Origin: Squalus acanthias
Lineage: Eukaryota
DNA: 64,000 nucleotides
Direction of reading: 5' to 3'
Assembly: GCA_030390025.1 (NCBI GenBank)
Contig: CM059432.1
Coordinates: 13,578,001-13,642,000, forward strand
In this document: positions 48,652 to 61,822 of the stretch, piece by piece
How the letters are laid out: the number at the start of each line of letters is the position of its first letter
Position numbering within the stretch: the stretch's first letter is position 1
The notes under the pieces: model-generated
The model's database searches: none
Seen by the model: the letters and a program-made list of their open reading frames with translations, nothing else
Told to the model about the DNA's origin: nothing
Translations under genes and position numbers: made by a program

Positions 48652-50178
48652 TACATGGACCTCCAAGTCTCTTTGGACCTCCACGGTTTCTAGCTTTTCA
48701 CCATTTAGAAAGTACTCTGATCTATCCGGTTTAGGTCCAAAATGGATGGGCTTGCATTTGCCTACACTGAAATCCATTTGCCACAGTTTTGCCCATTCAC
48801 TTAATCTATTAATATCTTTGTAATTTTATGCTTCCATCTACACTGCTTACAATGCCGCCTATCTTTGCATCATCTGGCTCTCAATCTCATCATCTAAGTC
48901 GTTAATAAATACTGCGAATAGTTGAGGTTCCAACACAGGTCCCTGTGGGACACCACTAATCACAGCTGCCAATTAGAGTACCTGCCCATTATCCCTAACC
49001 TCAGTCTCCTGCCACTCAGCCAGTTTCTGAAGCAGGTCAATAATTTGCCTTCAATTCCATGAGTTTCAACTTTAGCTAACAGTCTCTTTTGAGGGACTTT
49101 ATCAAATGCCTTCTTAGAAGCCCATATAAATAACATCCAGACATTCCCCTGTCCACTACTTTAGTCACCTCTTCAAAAAATTCAATCAGATTCATCAGGC
49201 ATGACCTACCTTTCACAAATCCATGCTGGCTCTCTCTGATCAGCTGAAAATTTTCAACGTGTTCAGTCACTCTATCCTTAATTATAGCATCTATTGATTT
49301 TGCAACAACAGATGTTAGGGGTAACTGGTCTATAATTCCCTTGTTTTCCGCTCTCACCTTTCTTAGATAGCAGAGTCACATGTGCAAATTTCCAATCTAA
49401 AAGGACTGGTTTCTGAATCGAGAGAACTTTAGAAGATTATAGGGACAGACGGTATTTATCCCAGAGGTCTCAAGAGACTAGAGGGGAGATCTGGGAGTCA
49501 TTGACAACCATTATGAGGGTGTCACTGGACACTGGGGCGATACCAATTGGAAACAGGTCAATGAGGTGACCATATTCAAAACAAAAAAGTGGTAAACTAT
49601 ACTCAGGCAACTACAGACCCATTAGTCTCACTTCTATTCTGTGTAAAATGATGGAATGGATCAGGAGTAAACTTGGTATCTGTGCAAATAATAACCTAAT
49701 TAACAGTAGCCAACATAGACTCAGAAGGTGAAGATTGTCGTCAAACCACCTAGATATGTAGCCTTGTGTAGTTTCCTAAAGCAGCTTTTCTCATTTTGTT
49801 AATAAGTTTGAGTGAATTGATTTTGACACGTTCTGTGCTCGTTAAAGTCATTTTGCAGAAATCAGTAGGAAGCCAAATAGTGCCAAAGGGTATTGGATAC
49901 TGGAGTTTGCAAGTTGCTGCCTTAGGTACTTGTTAACTTTTATTTTATTCAAGGGGTTTAGCAACTTTAGATGTTCACAATAGTAGCTGGACACAACAAT
50001 CCAAGATGACACGGACTATGCACAGCACAGAATAAAATCATTAAATTAAGTTGCAAAAGACCTGGAGCTAAGCAACTGTTCCAAATTCTTTGACAATTCC
50101 CCTCTGCTCACCTGCTCTTCACTCTCCCTTCCCACCACGCCAATATTCTATTTTGTCCCCTCATTCTCTGGAGTCAAT

Positions 50179-50621
50179 GGGGGAAAAATTCGGTTGCTTT
50201 GCGCCTCCCATTAGAGCCCTAAGAGGGCACTAACAGGGCGCAAGGCAACTAGCGCCCGGGCGCGACGCCAACACCTCCCACGAAATTCAGTGGGAGGTTA
50301 GCAGCGGCGCTAACCGTTAGCGCTCCGCCGCCGATGACATCATCGCCATGCGCAGCGCCCTGGCCGCAATCTTCGGTAGCGCCCCCTGACTTACCGCCGG
50401 GCGCTATGTCCGACGGGCCTACCTACGGCCAGGGCAGCGCTATTTAAAGGAGAGGTGCCGGGCGGCCATTTTTGTTGCTGGCCGCCTGCCAGCACCTGCC
50501 TCCGCTCCCATCCCCGGCCTCCTTACCCGCACCCACCGCTGAGTGCCGGCTGAGCTCCATGAGCCCGGCACTTCTCTGAGTGCCAGGCTCTTTTGCCGGC
50601 ACTCCGATCCCCGGTGGCCCA
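50179..50621. mobile_element. Truncated, more diverged copy of the 12048-12804 MITE family
   Basis: Colinear with about 12048-12530 (GAAAAATTCGG..GCGCCTCCC..GGCGGCCATTTTTGTTGCTGGCCGCCTGCCAGCACC); abuts a CR1 fragment. Confidence 0.85.
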
Positions 50622-51100
50622 GGTACAATTTTAAAGAGGTTGCAGGAACAGAGGGACCTGGGGGTGTATGTACACAAGTCTTTGAAGATGGCGGGACATA
50701 ATTGAGAAGGCCGTTAAAAAAGCATATGGGATCCTTGGCTTTAATAGAGGAAGAAAGCAAAAAAGCTAGGAAGTTATGCTAAACCTTTATGAAACACTGG
50801 TTCGGCCTCAGCTGGAGTATTGTATCCAAGTCTGCGCACCACACTTTAGGAAGGATGGCAAGGCCTTGGAGAGGGTACAAGAAGAAATGTACTAGAATTG
50901 TACCAGGGATGCAGGACTGTTATGTGGAGAGACTGGAGAAGCTGGGGTTGTTCTTCTTAGAGCAAGGAAGGTTAAGAGGAGATTTTATAGAGGTGCTCAA
51001 AATCATGGATGGTTTTGATAGAGTAAATAAGGAGAAACTGTTGGTAACCAGAGGACACAGATTTAAGGTGGTTGGCAAAAGAATCAGAGGCAACGTGAGA
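50622..51100 (+). mobile_element. CR1 LINE fragment
   Basis: ERLEKLGLFFLEQGRLRGDFIEVLKI...TRGHRFKV. Confidence 0.82.
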
Positions 51101-51811
51101 AAACTGCATGTTTACAACATCCATAAATCATATGGATGAGCATGCTTCTGGGAATAGCTTGTTGAGAATTTCGAAGAACCGAACTGGGTTACGAGGTGAT
51201 TACGGATGATAAAGGCCATTCCGTCACTCTTAATTCATGCATCCAGAAGTACCCTTTAGCCCCCCCAAATATTCCTTCAATGATTCCAGAGTTTTTGCCT
51301 CTACCCAGGAGATGGTTCAATGTGTTGATCACTTTTTGTGTAAATTACCTCCTGATACCACTATTAAATTTAGTTTTTCACTAGTTTGAAACTGTGCCCT
51401 TCAATATTCCGCATATACCTTTTCCTTACCATTTACTGTCGTCTTGTACGAGATCACCTCTCGGACACCTCCTTTCCAGTCTGGAAAAGCCCATGTTTCT
51501 ACAGTATTTCCTCATTACTCAGGCCTGTAACTCTAGGGATTAGCTTCGTGGCTCTTCTTTGCACTGCAATCAGCAGCTGAATGACAATTTTGGTGTCAGC
51601 TGTGGCTCAGTGGTAGCACTTTCGCCTCCGAGTCACAAGGTCATGGGTTCAAACCCCACTCCAGAGACTTGAGCACATATTCAAGGTTGACATTTCAGTG
51701 CAGTACTGAGGGAGTGCTGCACTGTCAGAGGCGCCATCCTTCGGGTGAGACTTTAAAACCGAGGCCCCGTCTTCTCTCTCGGGTGAATGCAGAACATCCC
51801 ATGGCACTATT

Positions 51812-52065
51812 TTGTCTTAGTTGTATCTTGCTGTGTCTTTGATATAATGTCTTCCTGACTGACCTGATTGTTTCTCTGCCGAGGTGTGATAAAAGGCAGT
51901 CAGAAAGATTAACTGTAGTCGTCTGACATTGTACGCTGCACAGGCATTGTTCTCTGTCTATATATGCTTTACCGATTCGTATTCCTTCACTTCACCTGAC
52001 GAAGGGGCAGCAGCTCCGAAAGCTTGTGATTTCAAATAAAACTGTTGGACTATAACCTGGTGTTG
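51812..52065 (+). mobile_element. Penelope-like element 3' terminal fragment inserted in a SINE
   Basis: Ends CACCTGACGAAGGGGCAGCAGCTCCGAAAGCTTGTGATTTCAAATAAAACTGTTGGACTATAACCTGGTG, the hammerhead-AATAAA-GGTG layout typical of vertebrate PLE termini. The SINE resumes after it. Confidence 0.75.
51992..52029 (+). ncRNA. Minimal type I hammerhead ribozyme motif
   Basis: Stem I TCAC/GTGA, core CTGACGA, stem II GGGGC-agca-GCTCC, GAAA, palindromic stem III AGCT, predicted cleavage after CUU at 52025. Confidence 0.72.
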
Positions 52066-52415
52066 AAAGAGCAGGGGAGTTCTCCCCAGTGTCCTGGCCA
52101 ATATTATACCAAAATTACTAACAAAAATCTATGTGGTCATTTATCTCATTGCTGTCTGTGGAAGCTTGCTGTGTGCAAATTGGCTACCGCGTTTCCTACA
52201 TTATAACAGTGACTACACTTAAAAAGCACTTTATTGGTTGTGAAGCGCTTTGGGATGTTCTGAGGTCATGAAACGCACTATATAAATCGAAGTTCTTTCT
52301 TAAAAGTGGCCATTAAGGAGCTACTTCCTCTGGTGGGAAAAAAGGTGTTACTTATATTTAGAATTTTAAAGCACAGCACTGATGGCTGACAGACCAGAAA
52401 GGTCCAATCTATACG

Positions 52416-52640
52416 ATAGCAAAATACTGCGGATGCTGGAAATCCGAAACAACAACAGAAAACGCTGGAAAAACTCAGCAGGCCAGGCAGCATCCGTGGA
52501 GAGAGAAACAGAGTTAACGTTCAGGTCGAAGACCCTTCGTCACAACTGGAAAAAAAGCAGGAAATGAAAGAGATTTTAAAGCAAGTTTAGGGCTGGGAAA
52601 AGGGGGAGGGGATGAAAGAACAAAAGGGAAGGTCAGTGAT
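52416..52640 (-). mobile_element. Penelope-like terminal repeat, same family as 5372-5507
   Basis: Reverse complement of the GACGAAGGGTC..GAACGTTAACTCTGTTTCTCTCTCCACGGATGCTGCC block; hammerhead core degenerate. Confidence 0.65.
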
Positions 52641-53032
52641 AGGCATTGAACATAGATTCTATCCTGAGTTCGATAGGCTCAGGGTGACACAGCATCCCCA
52701 GGCTAGAGATCACGCGGTTCATCTGAGCCAATGGCCTCTGCTGAAAGTGTGTTGTGTGGCGACATCAGCAAGGACAAGGTCTGACTGCTGCAAAGGCTCC
52801 ATTGTTGATTAGCTCATTCACTCTCCAAGCTCATGTGGTGAATTGGCACTTGGGTGAGCTATCAGGAGGCCACTGACACCAACCACAGAACTATACCTCC
52901 AGCATGAGTTATCACTTTCAGGAAAAAGGGATTGAAGGAAAGAAAGTGTACATTAGAAAAGAATGAACAAAATTGCATTTATATAGCACCTTACACATCC
53001 TCAAAACATTCCAAATGCTTCACAGCCAATGA

Positions 53033-53860
53033 ATAAGAAAATAAGAAATGGGAGCAGGAGTCGGCCATTTGGCCCCTCGAGCCTGCTCCGCCATTCAATA
53101 AGATCATGGCTGATCTTCTACCTCAGCTCCACTTTCCTGCACTATCCCCATAATATCCAAAATTCTATCGATCTCTGTCTTGAATATACTCAACGACTGA
53201 GCCTCCACAGCCCTCTGGGGGAGAGAATTCCAAAGATTCACCACCCTCAGTGAAGAAATTTCTCTTCATCTCAGTCCTAAATGGCCGACCCCTTATTCTG
53301 AGACTGTGACCCCTGGTTCTAGACTCCCCAGCCAGGGGAAACATCCTCCCTGCATCTACCCTGTCAAGCCCTGCAAGAATTTTGTATGTTTCAATGAGCT
53401 CACCTCTCATTCTTCTAAACTCTAGAGAATATAGGCCTAGTCTACTCAATCTGTCCTCATAGGACAATTGCCCCCATCCTAGGAAGCAGTCTGGTGAACC
53501 TTCGTTGCACTCCCTCTATGGCAAGTATATCCCTCCTTAGGTAAGGAGACCAAAACTGTACACAATACTCCAGGTGTGGTCTCACCAGGACTCTATATAA
53601 CTGCAGCAAGACCTCTTTACTCTTATACGCAAACCCTCTTGTAATAAAGGACAACATACCATTTGCTTTCCCAATTGCTTGCTGTACCTGCATGTTAACT
53701 TTCAGCGACTCGTGTACAAGGACACCCAGGTCCCTCTGAACACCAACATTTCCCAATCTCTCACCATTTAAAAAATACTCTGCCTTTCTATCACTCCCAC
53801 CAAAGTGGATAACGTCACATTTCTCCACATTATATTCCATTTGCCATGTTCTTGCCCTGT
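53033..53860 (-). mobile_element. CR1 LINE 3' fragment
   Basis: ORFs 53165-53840: RDLGVLVHESLK...VRPHLEYCVQFWSPYLR...RRMRGELIETYK. Confidence 0.92.
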
Positions 53861-55319
53861 CTATATTTTGAATTATTTTGAAGTGTAGTTACTGTTGTTT
53901 TGGAGGCAAATGCAGCGGCCAATTTATACTCAACAAGGTCTCACAAACAGCAATGAGATAAATGACCAGTGAATTTGTTTTTGGTGGTTGTTTTTTGTTT
54001 ATATTCATTCCTGGGATGTGGGCGTCGCTGGCAAGGCCAGCATTTATTGCCCATCCCTAATTGCCCTCGAGAAGGTGGTGGTGAGCTGCCTTCTTGAACC
54101 GCTGCAGTCCGTGTGTTGAAGGTACTCTCACGGTGCTGTTTGGGAGGGAGTTCCAGGATTTTGACCCAGTGACGACGAAGGATCGGCGATATATTTCCAA
54201 GTCAGGATGGTGTGTGACTTGGAGGGGAACTTGCAGGTGGTGGTGTTCCCATGCGCCTGCTGCCCTTGTACTTCTAGGTGATAGGGGTCATGGGTTTGGG
54301 AGGTAGTTGGTTGAAGGATAAAAGTTAGGTCACAGAGAAAACTCCCTGCTCTTCTTCAAATAGTGCCATGGGATCTTTCAAGTCCACCTGAACAGGTAGA
54401 CGGGACCTCGGTTTAACATCTCATCCAAAAAGAGAGCAGCACAGGCCTCAGTATTGCATTCAAGTGTCAGCCTAGATAATGAGCTTAATTCCCTGGAGTG
54501 GGGCATAAGGTTGGAAGGGAAAAAGAACAGACTAAATTAACATAAAATATGGCAAAGACAGGAACAGCCTGAACCCATATTGCAAAATTGCACATGCAGT
54601 ACCGTAGACATCAGGATCCTTGAACTGGCTGCTAGGATATCAGTGGTTGTGGGCAATACGCCACTCTGATTTTCCTTCTTTCCCAGTGAGAATCTGAATT
54701 ATTTCAGCTTAGTGCTTTCTTAAAGGCCTGGAAAGATTAGCAACTCTTCATAAACAGCCAGCTAGCCAGAGGTCACCATCACCTAATTTGAGAATTTCCC
54801 AGCTCATCTCCAGGGACAGTGTGGTTGAAATACTCAGCTACCTCACCGACATCCTGGAGATTGTGGAAGTGATTATGCTGCAATAGATGTGCTGCAGCAC
54901 AAACTTCTACGGCCAATATCCCAGCGTGCACTCCCACTCCTGACCACTATCCAGTGACCCCCTTCTTTTATGCACATGTGCAAACAGGCTGGTTGTGATG
55001 TCCCCATTTGCTTGAACAGCCTGCTGACACTCACTGTTCAGGCTAACATCTCAGTAAGGTGCCAGCACTGACAGAACCATATTCCAGCAAGAAGTCACTG
55101 CCTTTACGAGAGTAGAGGAGAGAAGATCAGCAAAATGGGAAGAAAAGGAGATTAAATACGTAGCTTCTCCAATGGCTCAGCTAGTAAGTGAGCATCATCC
55201 AATAAGTAAGTGAGCTATACAGACCAGAAAACCCCCGAGTTTAATCCCTGGTTTGTGCGGAGTTGATTGATATTAACCAGGCGGCAACAAGACGTTACAC
55301 AACGAGCAACATGTTCTAG

Positions 55320-56920
55320 ATGGAGTTAAACGATCCCACAACCAATGGATCAGGTCAAAGTTCTGCAGTCCTGCCACATCCAGACGTAAATGGTGGTGGA
55401 CAATTAAGCAACTAACGTGAGGAAGAGGCGCCATGAACGTCCCCATCCTCAATAATGGCGGGGCTCAGCATGTGAGCGCAAAAGACAAGGCTGAAGTGTT
55501 CGCAACCACCTTCAGCCAGAGTTGCCAAGTGGGTGATCCTTCTCGGCCTCCTCGAGGTCCCCAAAATTACAAATGCCAGTCTTCAGCCAATTCAATTCAC
55601 TTCACATGACATCAGCCTACTCCCAATCATCAGAAAAGTGATGGAAGAAGTTGTCAACAGTGTTGTAAAGCCGCGCTTGCTCACCGATGCTCAGTTGGGT
55701 TCTGCCAGAACCATTTCGGCTCCAGACCTCATTATAGCCTTGCTCCAAACATGGACACAGCTGAATTCCAGAAGCGAGAGGAGAGTGACTGCCCTTGACA
55801 TCAAGGCAGCATTTGACCAAGTGTGGCATCAAGGGGCCCTAGTAAAACTGAAGTCAATGGGGATTAAGGGAAAAGCTCTCCAGTGGCTGGAGTAATACCT
55901 GGCACAAAGGAAGATGGCTGTGATCTTTGGAGGTCAATCATCTCAGCCACAGGACATCACTGCAAGAGTTCCTCGGGGCAGCCTCCTAGACCCAACTATC
56001 TTCAACTGCGACATCACTGACCTCCCTTCATCATAAGGTCAGAAGTGGGGCTGTTCACTGATGATTGCACAGTTTTCAGTTCCATTTGCAATTCCTCAGA
56101 TAATAAAGCAGTCCCATGACCTGGACAACATCTAGGAGACTTGCATTTATATAGCGCCTTTCACGACCACCGGACGTCTCAAAGCGCTTTACAGCCAATG
56201 AAGTACTTTTTGAAGTGTAGTCACTGCTGTAATGTAGAAGAGAGAATCTAACTACCTCCCCTTGACATTCAATGGCATTTTATCACCGAGTCTCCCCCAT
56301 CATCAATACCCTGGGGTCACCATTTACCAGAAACTGAACTGAACCAGCCACATAAATGCTGTGGCTAGTACAGCAGCTCAGAAGCTCTCTACCATTTGCA
56401 AGGCACAAGTCAGGAGTTTAATGGAATACTCTCCACTTGCCTGGATGGGTGCAGCTCCAACAACACTCAAGCAGCTCGACGCTATCCAGGACAAAGCAGT
56501 TCACTTGATCAGCATCCCATCCACTGGCTTAACCACTTACTTCCTTCATCATAGGCGTACTGTGGTTGCAGTGTGTACTATCTACAGGATGCAATGCAGC
56601 AACTCGCCAAGGCTTCTTTGGCAGCACCTCCCAAACCCACAACCGCCACCACCCTAGAAGGACAAAGAGCAGCAGGCGCATGGGAAAACCATTCCAGTTT
56701 CCCTCCAAGTCATACACCATCCAGATATATATCGCCGTTCTTTCACTGTCGCTGGATCAAAATCCGGGAACTCCCTACTCATCAGCATTGTGGGAGTACC
56801 TTCACCGCATAGACTGGAGTGGTTCAAGGCGGCGGCTCACCACCACCATCTCAAGGGCAACTAGGGATGGGCAATAAATACCCATGTTGCTAGCGATGCC
56901 CACATCCCAAGAATGAATTT
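55320..56920 (+). mobile_element. Another copy of the 40733-42245 LINE family
   Basis: RVTALDIKAAFDQVWHQG, QVRSLMEYSPLAWMG and the shared tail; a SINE tail fragment is inserted at about 56135-56240. Confidence 0.82.
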
Positions 56921-58239
56921 AAATTAAATTGACCTCAGCGTCCTGGGCTAGGGAGGAGGAGGGGGGTTGGGGCTCTAACTCCAGAGTATTAACTGGTAAC
57001 TTTTGCTGGAAAACGCACGCCTAGGCATCAGGCAGAGGGAGGAAGAGTCTCAGCTGTGATCTACATCATGGTCGAATAGCCTGTCTAGACTCATACATGA
57101 AGAATGGTTACATAAATCATTGGTACTGGAGGTGAGCGCTTGGCACCCGGCATCTTCAGGAGAGGTGGGGGAGAATTTTTAAAAATTAAAAATTAATTTG
57201 CAAGACCAGACATGATCTGCGTTCTGATTACGATCATGTTACTTTGTAAATGTCTTACTGGCCTCATTTTATAACTAGGTTAAGGTATTTTATAAGGTTC
57301 TTTCGGTGAGGATGCTGGCCCATTAAAGGAAGCAGTTACTCCTGAAAGAGCACCAATGGAACTCACAAAAGGCATGTTAAATTAGGGATTAACTAGCGAA
57401 CTGGTTCTTGGGATACAACTTAAGTGCACATAAAGTAAAGACTAAAACAAACTTATTGAACTAATTAAAGCCAACAGGAAATGCTTAGTTGACTGTGGCT
57501 TCACGCAGCTTAAATAGTTGGGCTAATTACCTCAAACAGTAATATAGTCAACAGATTTAAATTCCTTGCAGACCAGATTAAAGATCTTGTTACCTTCTGC
57601 CCAAAATATCAAGGATTTGTAACTTTCAAAGACAATTTAATAATGAGAAAAATAAGTGAGAACTGAAGAAATAGTCAAAGAAATGTTGATCCTATCCAAT
57701 ACTGAGAAATGTTAATCCACAGAGCTGATATTTGGATAGAACTCACAATAGTTTGCTCAACCCCTAAAAGGTGCACCCAGTGTCTCCACATGCAACCCAA
57801 TGTGCTTCTCCCTCAAATACAGCACAAAATGTACAATGGCTTAAAGTATGTATCTGAATGTTAGCTCTTAGAAATTTCAATTAAAAACAGAATGGTTTCC
57901 ATGTACTTTTAAACATCTATATTTTGAGTAAAATATAGGTCAATAATGCAGCAGTTAAGTCCAGCATTGCTTCTCGAGATTGATAGTGGAGTATGCGTCA
58001 CTAAGACATCATGCTGGGCAAACTAAAGTTACATACTTAGTAAGGAGACTTTAAGCACGCTGGAAGTCCAGTGTAGGGAATGCCAAAAGAGATTTAAACA
58101 AGCTGCAATTATTGCAATATCAACATGGCCCAGATAATAGTACATTGTATGTTTCTTATTCTTTTACAATTCCAGTTCAACAAGCGTAGCTTCAAAGATT
58201 AATCGAAGAATTACCCAAGGGAAGAAAGAGGCAACTCAC

Positions 58240-58339
58240 CCACACAGTCGCAGCACTCATCCCACAGAGTACCCAAGCAAAGCATGCATTCCTTGCAACA
58301 CGAACAGTTCCCGTCTATAGGGCGGCATTGGCACAGCTC
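58240..58339 (-). CDS. TWSG1: Twisted gastrulation protein homolog 1, internal coding exon (100 nt), N-terminal cysteine-rich domain
   Basis: Minus-strand translation [33 protein letters not shown](G) matches my recollection of vertebrate TWSG1. Acceptor ttttttctttgcag, donor gtgagt, phase 0 to 1. Too short for the ORF track. Confidence 0.97.
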
Positions 58340-60281
58340 CTGCAAAGAAAAAAATTGCGTGATTAGCACAGCTGAGTATACAAGAAGCTATTAAATCTAA
58401 CTATTTAAAAGTTTTGGGAGCATCTGTAATTCAAACATTATGCTTCAGTGTCAAAAGTACAGCAAAGGAAAGAAAGGAGATGGGCAAAAGAGCCCGAGGC
58501 GACATGAGGAAAAAGTTTTTTTCCCCCCGCAACGAGTGGTTAGGATTCGGAATGCAGTGCCTAATAGGGTGGTGGATACAGATTCAACAGTAGCCTTCAA
58601 AAGGGAATTGGATAAATACTTGAAGGAGAAAAAAATTGCAGGGATATGGGGAGAGGGCGGGGGGAGTGGGACTAACTGGATTGCTCTTCGAAAGAGCGGG
58701 CGCGGACTCCATGGGTTGAATGGCCTCCTTCTGTGCTGTACTATTCTATGATTACATCCGGAGGTCAATTACAGATTCAGTTCGGTCGGTGAGGGATTTC
58801 GGCAGATTGGCACGGAGCTGGAAACTTGCAAACCCTTGGCTGTCTGCAAACTAACCTCGCCAACAGTAATTAACCTGGAATTGGCCTCAGTGCCTATTCC
58901 GACCACTTCCCTACATGGGGTACCTGAGCTGTGGCCTTAAAAAGGGACAAGTTAGGTTCGCGGCTCAACAAGATAACTCTGCTCCAGACCTCAGACTATC
59001 GCCTGGAAGATCAGCTAGATTTTAAGCTGCTCTTGATATTTACAATTGCAAAAGATTATTAGGAATCAGCCACACCACTTGTTAAAATGAAAAGAAATTA
59101 AGATCCGATCTCATTAACCACACTTTTGTTCACCGCTCGTAATATCTCCCTCGTTGGCTCGCGTCCGCCTCCATTTTTAAAATCTGACTCGTGCCTCTGT
59201 GAAGTGCTTTGTGGGACATTTTATATAAACGCAAGTTGTTATTATTGTATCGCACCCTCCCCTAAGAGCAATGAATGACTCTTAATGGGACCCAGTTGCG
59301 TGGCCAACAGCAACCCTTCTTACCCAAGCAGCCATTCTCCAAGGGTGAACCATGATTTTGTGTTGGCAGACTATTTAACGGTAGGATGATGAAGGAATTC
59401 AACTCTGTCCTCGACCCACATTCATGCACAATAGTTCCAAAGAGAGTCCTCGCTGGATTGCAACAAACATACAAAAAGGATCACTATGCCCATCATGCCC
59501 AAAATAGATTTAAAATAATTGGCAAAAGAACCAGAGGGAAAATTAGGACATTTTTTCCCCCCACCCAGAGAGTCATTAAGATCTGGAAAGCTGGTGGAAG
59601 GAGATGCCACTGGAACTTTTAAAAGGCAACTGGACACGCACTTTAAGAGGACTAATTTGCAGGGTTATGGGGAAAAAGCTGGGGTGTGGGACTAACTGAT
59701 AGCTCTTTCAAAGAGCCGACACAGGCACAATGGGCCGAATGGCCTCCTGCTGTGCTGTAAAATTCTTTGATTCTATGACTCATACGCTCCCCCTAAATGG
59801 TGCAACGTGCCTGTGCTTTGAAAGAGCTCTCCAATTAGTCCCACTCCCCTGCTCTTTCCTCAAAGCCCTGCAAATGTTTCCACGTCAAGTATTTATCCAA
59901 TTCCCTTTTGAAAGTTACTATTGAATCTCCTTCCACCACCCTTTCAGGCAGTGTGTTCCAGATCACAACTCGCTGCGTAAAATTCTTTCCCTCATGCCGC
60001 CTCTGAAAACACACTGCCGCAATCACTAGTAATGCAGCCTGGGGAAGGCAAAAAAAAAGGGTTAATGAGCAGCCATTTGACGCCCGCAGTGTGCTGGCAA
60101 AATTTAAATGAGGCGCCAACCGAAAATTTCCCCACGTTGTTTATTTTTTGCCAATTTTTCCCCCCCTCCTCCTTTCCTGAAGCAACTGACTTCTGATGGG
60201 GTGCAGCTCCGTGGATTCCAGTTGTCCTCCAGTACCTCGCTAAGTAGCTGTTCAACCATGGTGGGAGCACGTAAACACAAT

Positions 60282-61822
60282 CCTGGCTTGCATCCCAGGT
60301 TGCTAAGGGAATTGGGGGAGGAGATAGCAGAAGGGCTTGCCATTAATTTTCCAATCTTCCCTAGATGCGGGGGAGGTGCCTGAGGATTGGAAAGTGGCAA
60401 ATGTGACACCATTGTTCAAGAAAGGGTGTAGGGACAATCCTAGTAACTACAGGCCGGTCAGTTTAACATCAGTGGTGGGTAAAGTTTTAGAAACAATAAT
60501 CAAGGAAAAAATTAACGGGCATTTGGAGAGGTTTAAGCTAATTAAGGAGAGCTAACACGGATTTGTAAAAGGTAGATCATGTTTGACTAATCTAATTGAA
60601 TTTTTTGATGAAGTAACAGGGATGATTGATGAAGGGAATGCAATGGATGTTGTCTACATGGATGTTAGGAAGGCGTTTGACAAAGTACCACATAGAAGGC
60701 TGGTTAACAAAATTGAGGCTCATGGAATAGGTGGGTCAGTGGCAGCTTGATAAGGAATTGGCTTAAGGACAGAAAACAGCGAGTTGTGGTAAATGGCTGC
60801 TTTTCAGACTGGAGAATGGTAGACAGTGGTGTTCCCCAAGGGTCAATGCTGGGGCCACTGCTTTTTTTGATATAAATGACCTGGATATTGGAATACAGAG
60901 TAGAATTTCTAAATTTGCCGATGACACCAAACTTGGGGGTGTGGCAAACAGTGAGGATGATACCAATCAACTGCAACAGACATAGAAAGGCTAGCAGAAT
61001 GGGCAGACAAGTGGCAAATGGAATTTAATGCAGAGAGGTGTGAGGTGATGCATTTTGGCAGAAGGAACAGGGAGAGGCAATATACACTTAATGGCACAGT
61101 TTTAAAGAGTGTGCAGGGACAGAGGGACCTGGGAGTTAGTGTGCATAGGTCCCTGAAGGTGGCAGGACATATTGAGAGAGCGTGGTTAGCAAAGCATATG
61201 GGATCTTGGGCTTCATAAATAGAGGTATTGAGTACAAAAGTAGAGAAGTTATGCTGAACCTTTTTAAAGCAATGGTTAGGCCACAACTGGAGTATTGCAT
61301 CCAGTTCTGGTCACCACACTTTAGGAAGGATTGAGAGGGTGCAGAGGAGATTTACCAGAATGGTTCCGGGGATGGGGGATCTTAGCTACAAGGACAGGTT
61401 GGAGAAGCTGGATTTATTTTCATTAGAGCAAAGGAGGTTGAGGGGTGATTTGATAGAGGTGTACAAGATTATGACGGGTTTGGATAGGCTAGACGGAGAA
61501 AGGCTGTTCCCACTAGTTGATGGTACAAGGACTAGGTGACACAGATTTAAGGTTTTGGGCAAGAGATACAGAGGGGGATGTGAGGAAAAACTTTTGTACG
61601 CAGCGAGTGGTGATGACCTGGAATTCGCTGTCGACGGAAGTGGTGGAAGCGGAGACATTCAATGTTTTAAAGGGGAGACTGGATAGGCACTTGAGGGAAA
61701 TAAACTTGCAGGGCTTCGGGGATAGAGCGGGGGAATGGGACTGACTGGATTGCTCTACAGAGAGCCGGCACGGACTCGATGGGCCGAATGGCCTCCGTCT
61801 GTGCCGTTATAACTCTCTGACT
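60282..61822 (+). mobile_element. CR1 LINE RT domain through 3' tail, decayed
   Basis: VPEDWKVANVTPLFKKG, NYRPVSLTSVVGK, SKFADDTKLGG, EQRRLRGDLIEVYK, with frameshifts. Confidence 0.92.

Larger units (their letters stand above)
45185..49440 (-). mobile_element. CR1 LINE RT region and 3' UTR, split by the Tigger pair
   Basis: QHGFVKGRSCLMNLIEFFEEVT at 49076-49357; sequence is continuous across the TA insertion site at 45857/48652. Confidence 0.88.
51594..52300 (+). mobile_element. SacSINE1-like SINE split by a Penelope-like fragment
   Basis: Head GTCAGCTGTGGCTCAGTGGTAGCAC at 51595; body resumes at about 52066. Confidence 0.8.

Noticed and set aside
49440..49750. Twin-primed 5' inversion of the minus-strand CR1
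   Set aside because: The plus-strand piece is much more decayed and overlaps the same RT region, which fits a separate, older CR1 better.
51594..51670. tRNA gene (also at other SINE heads)
   Set aside because: These A/B-box heads continue into SINE bodies; they are tRNA-derived SINE heads, not tRNA genes.
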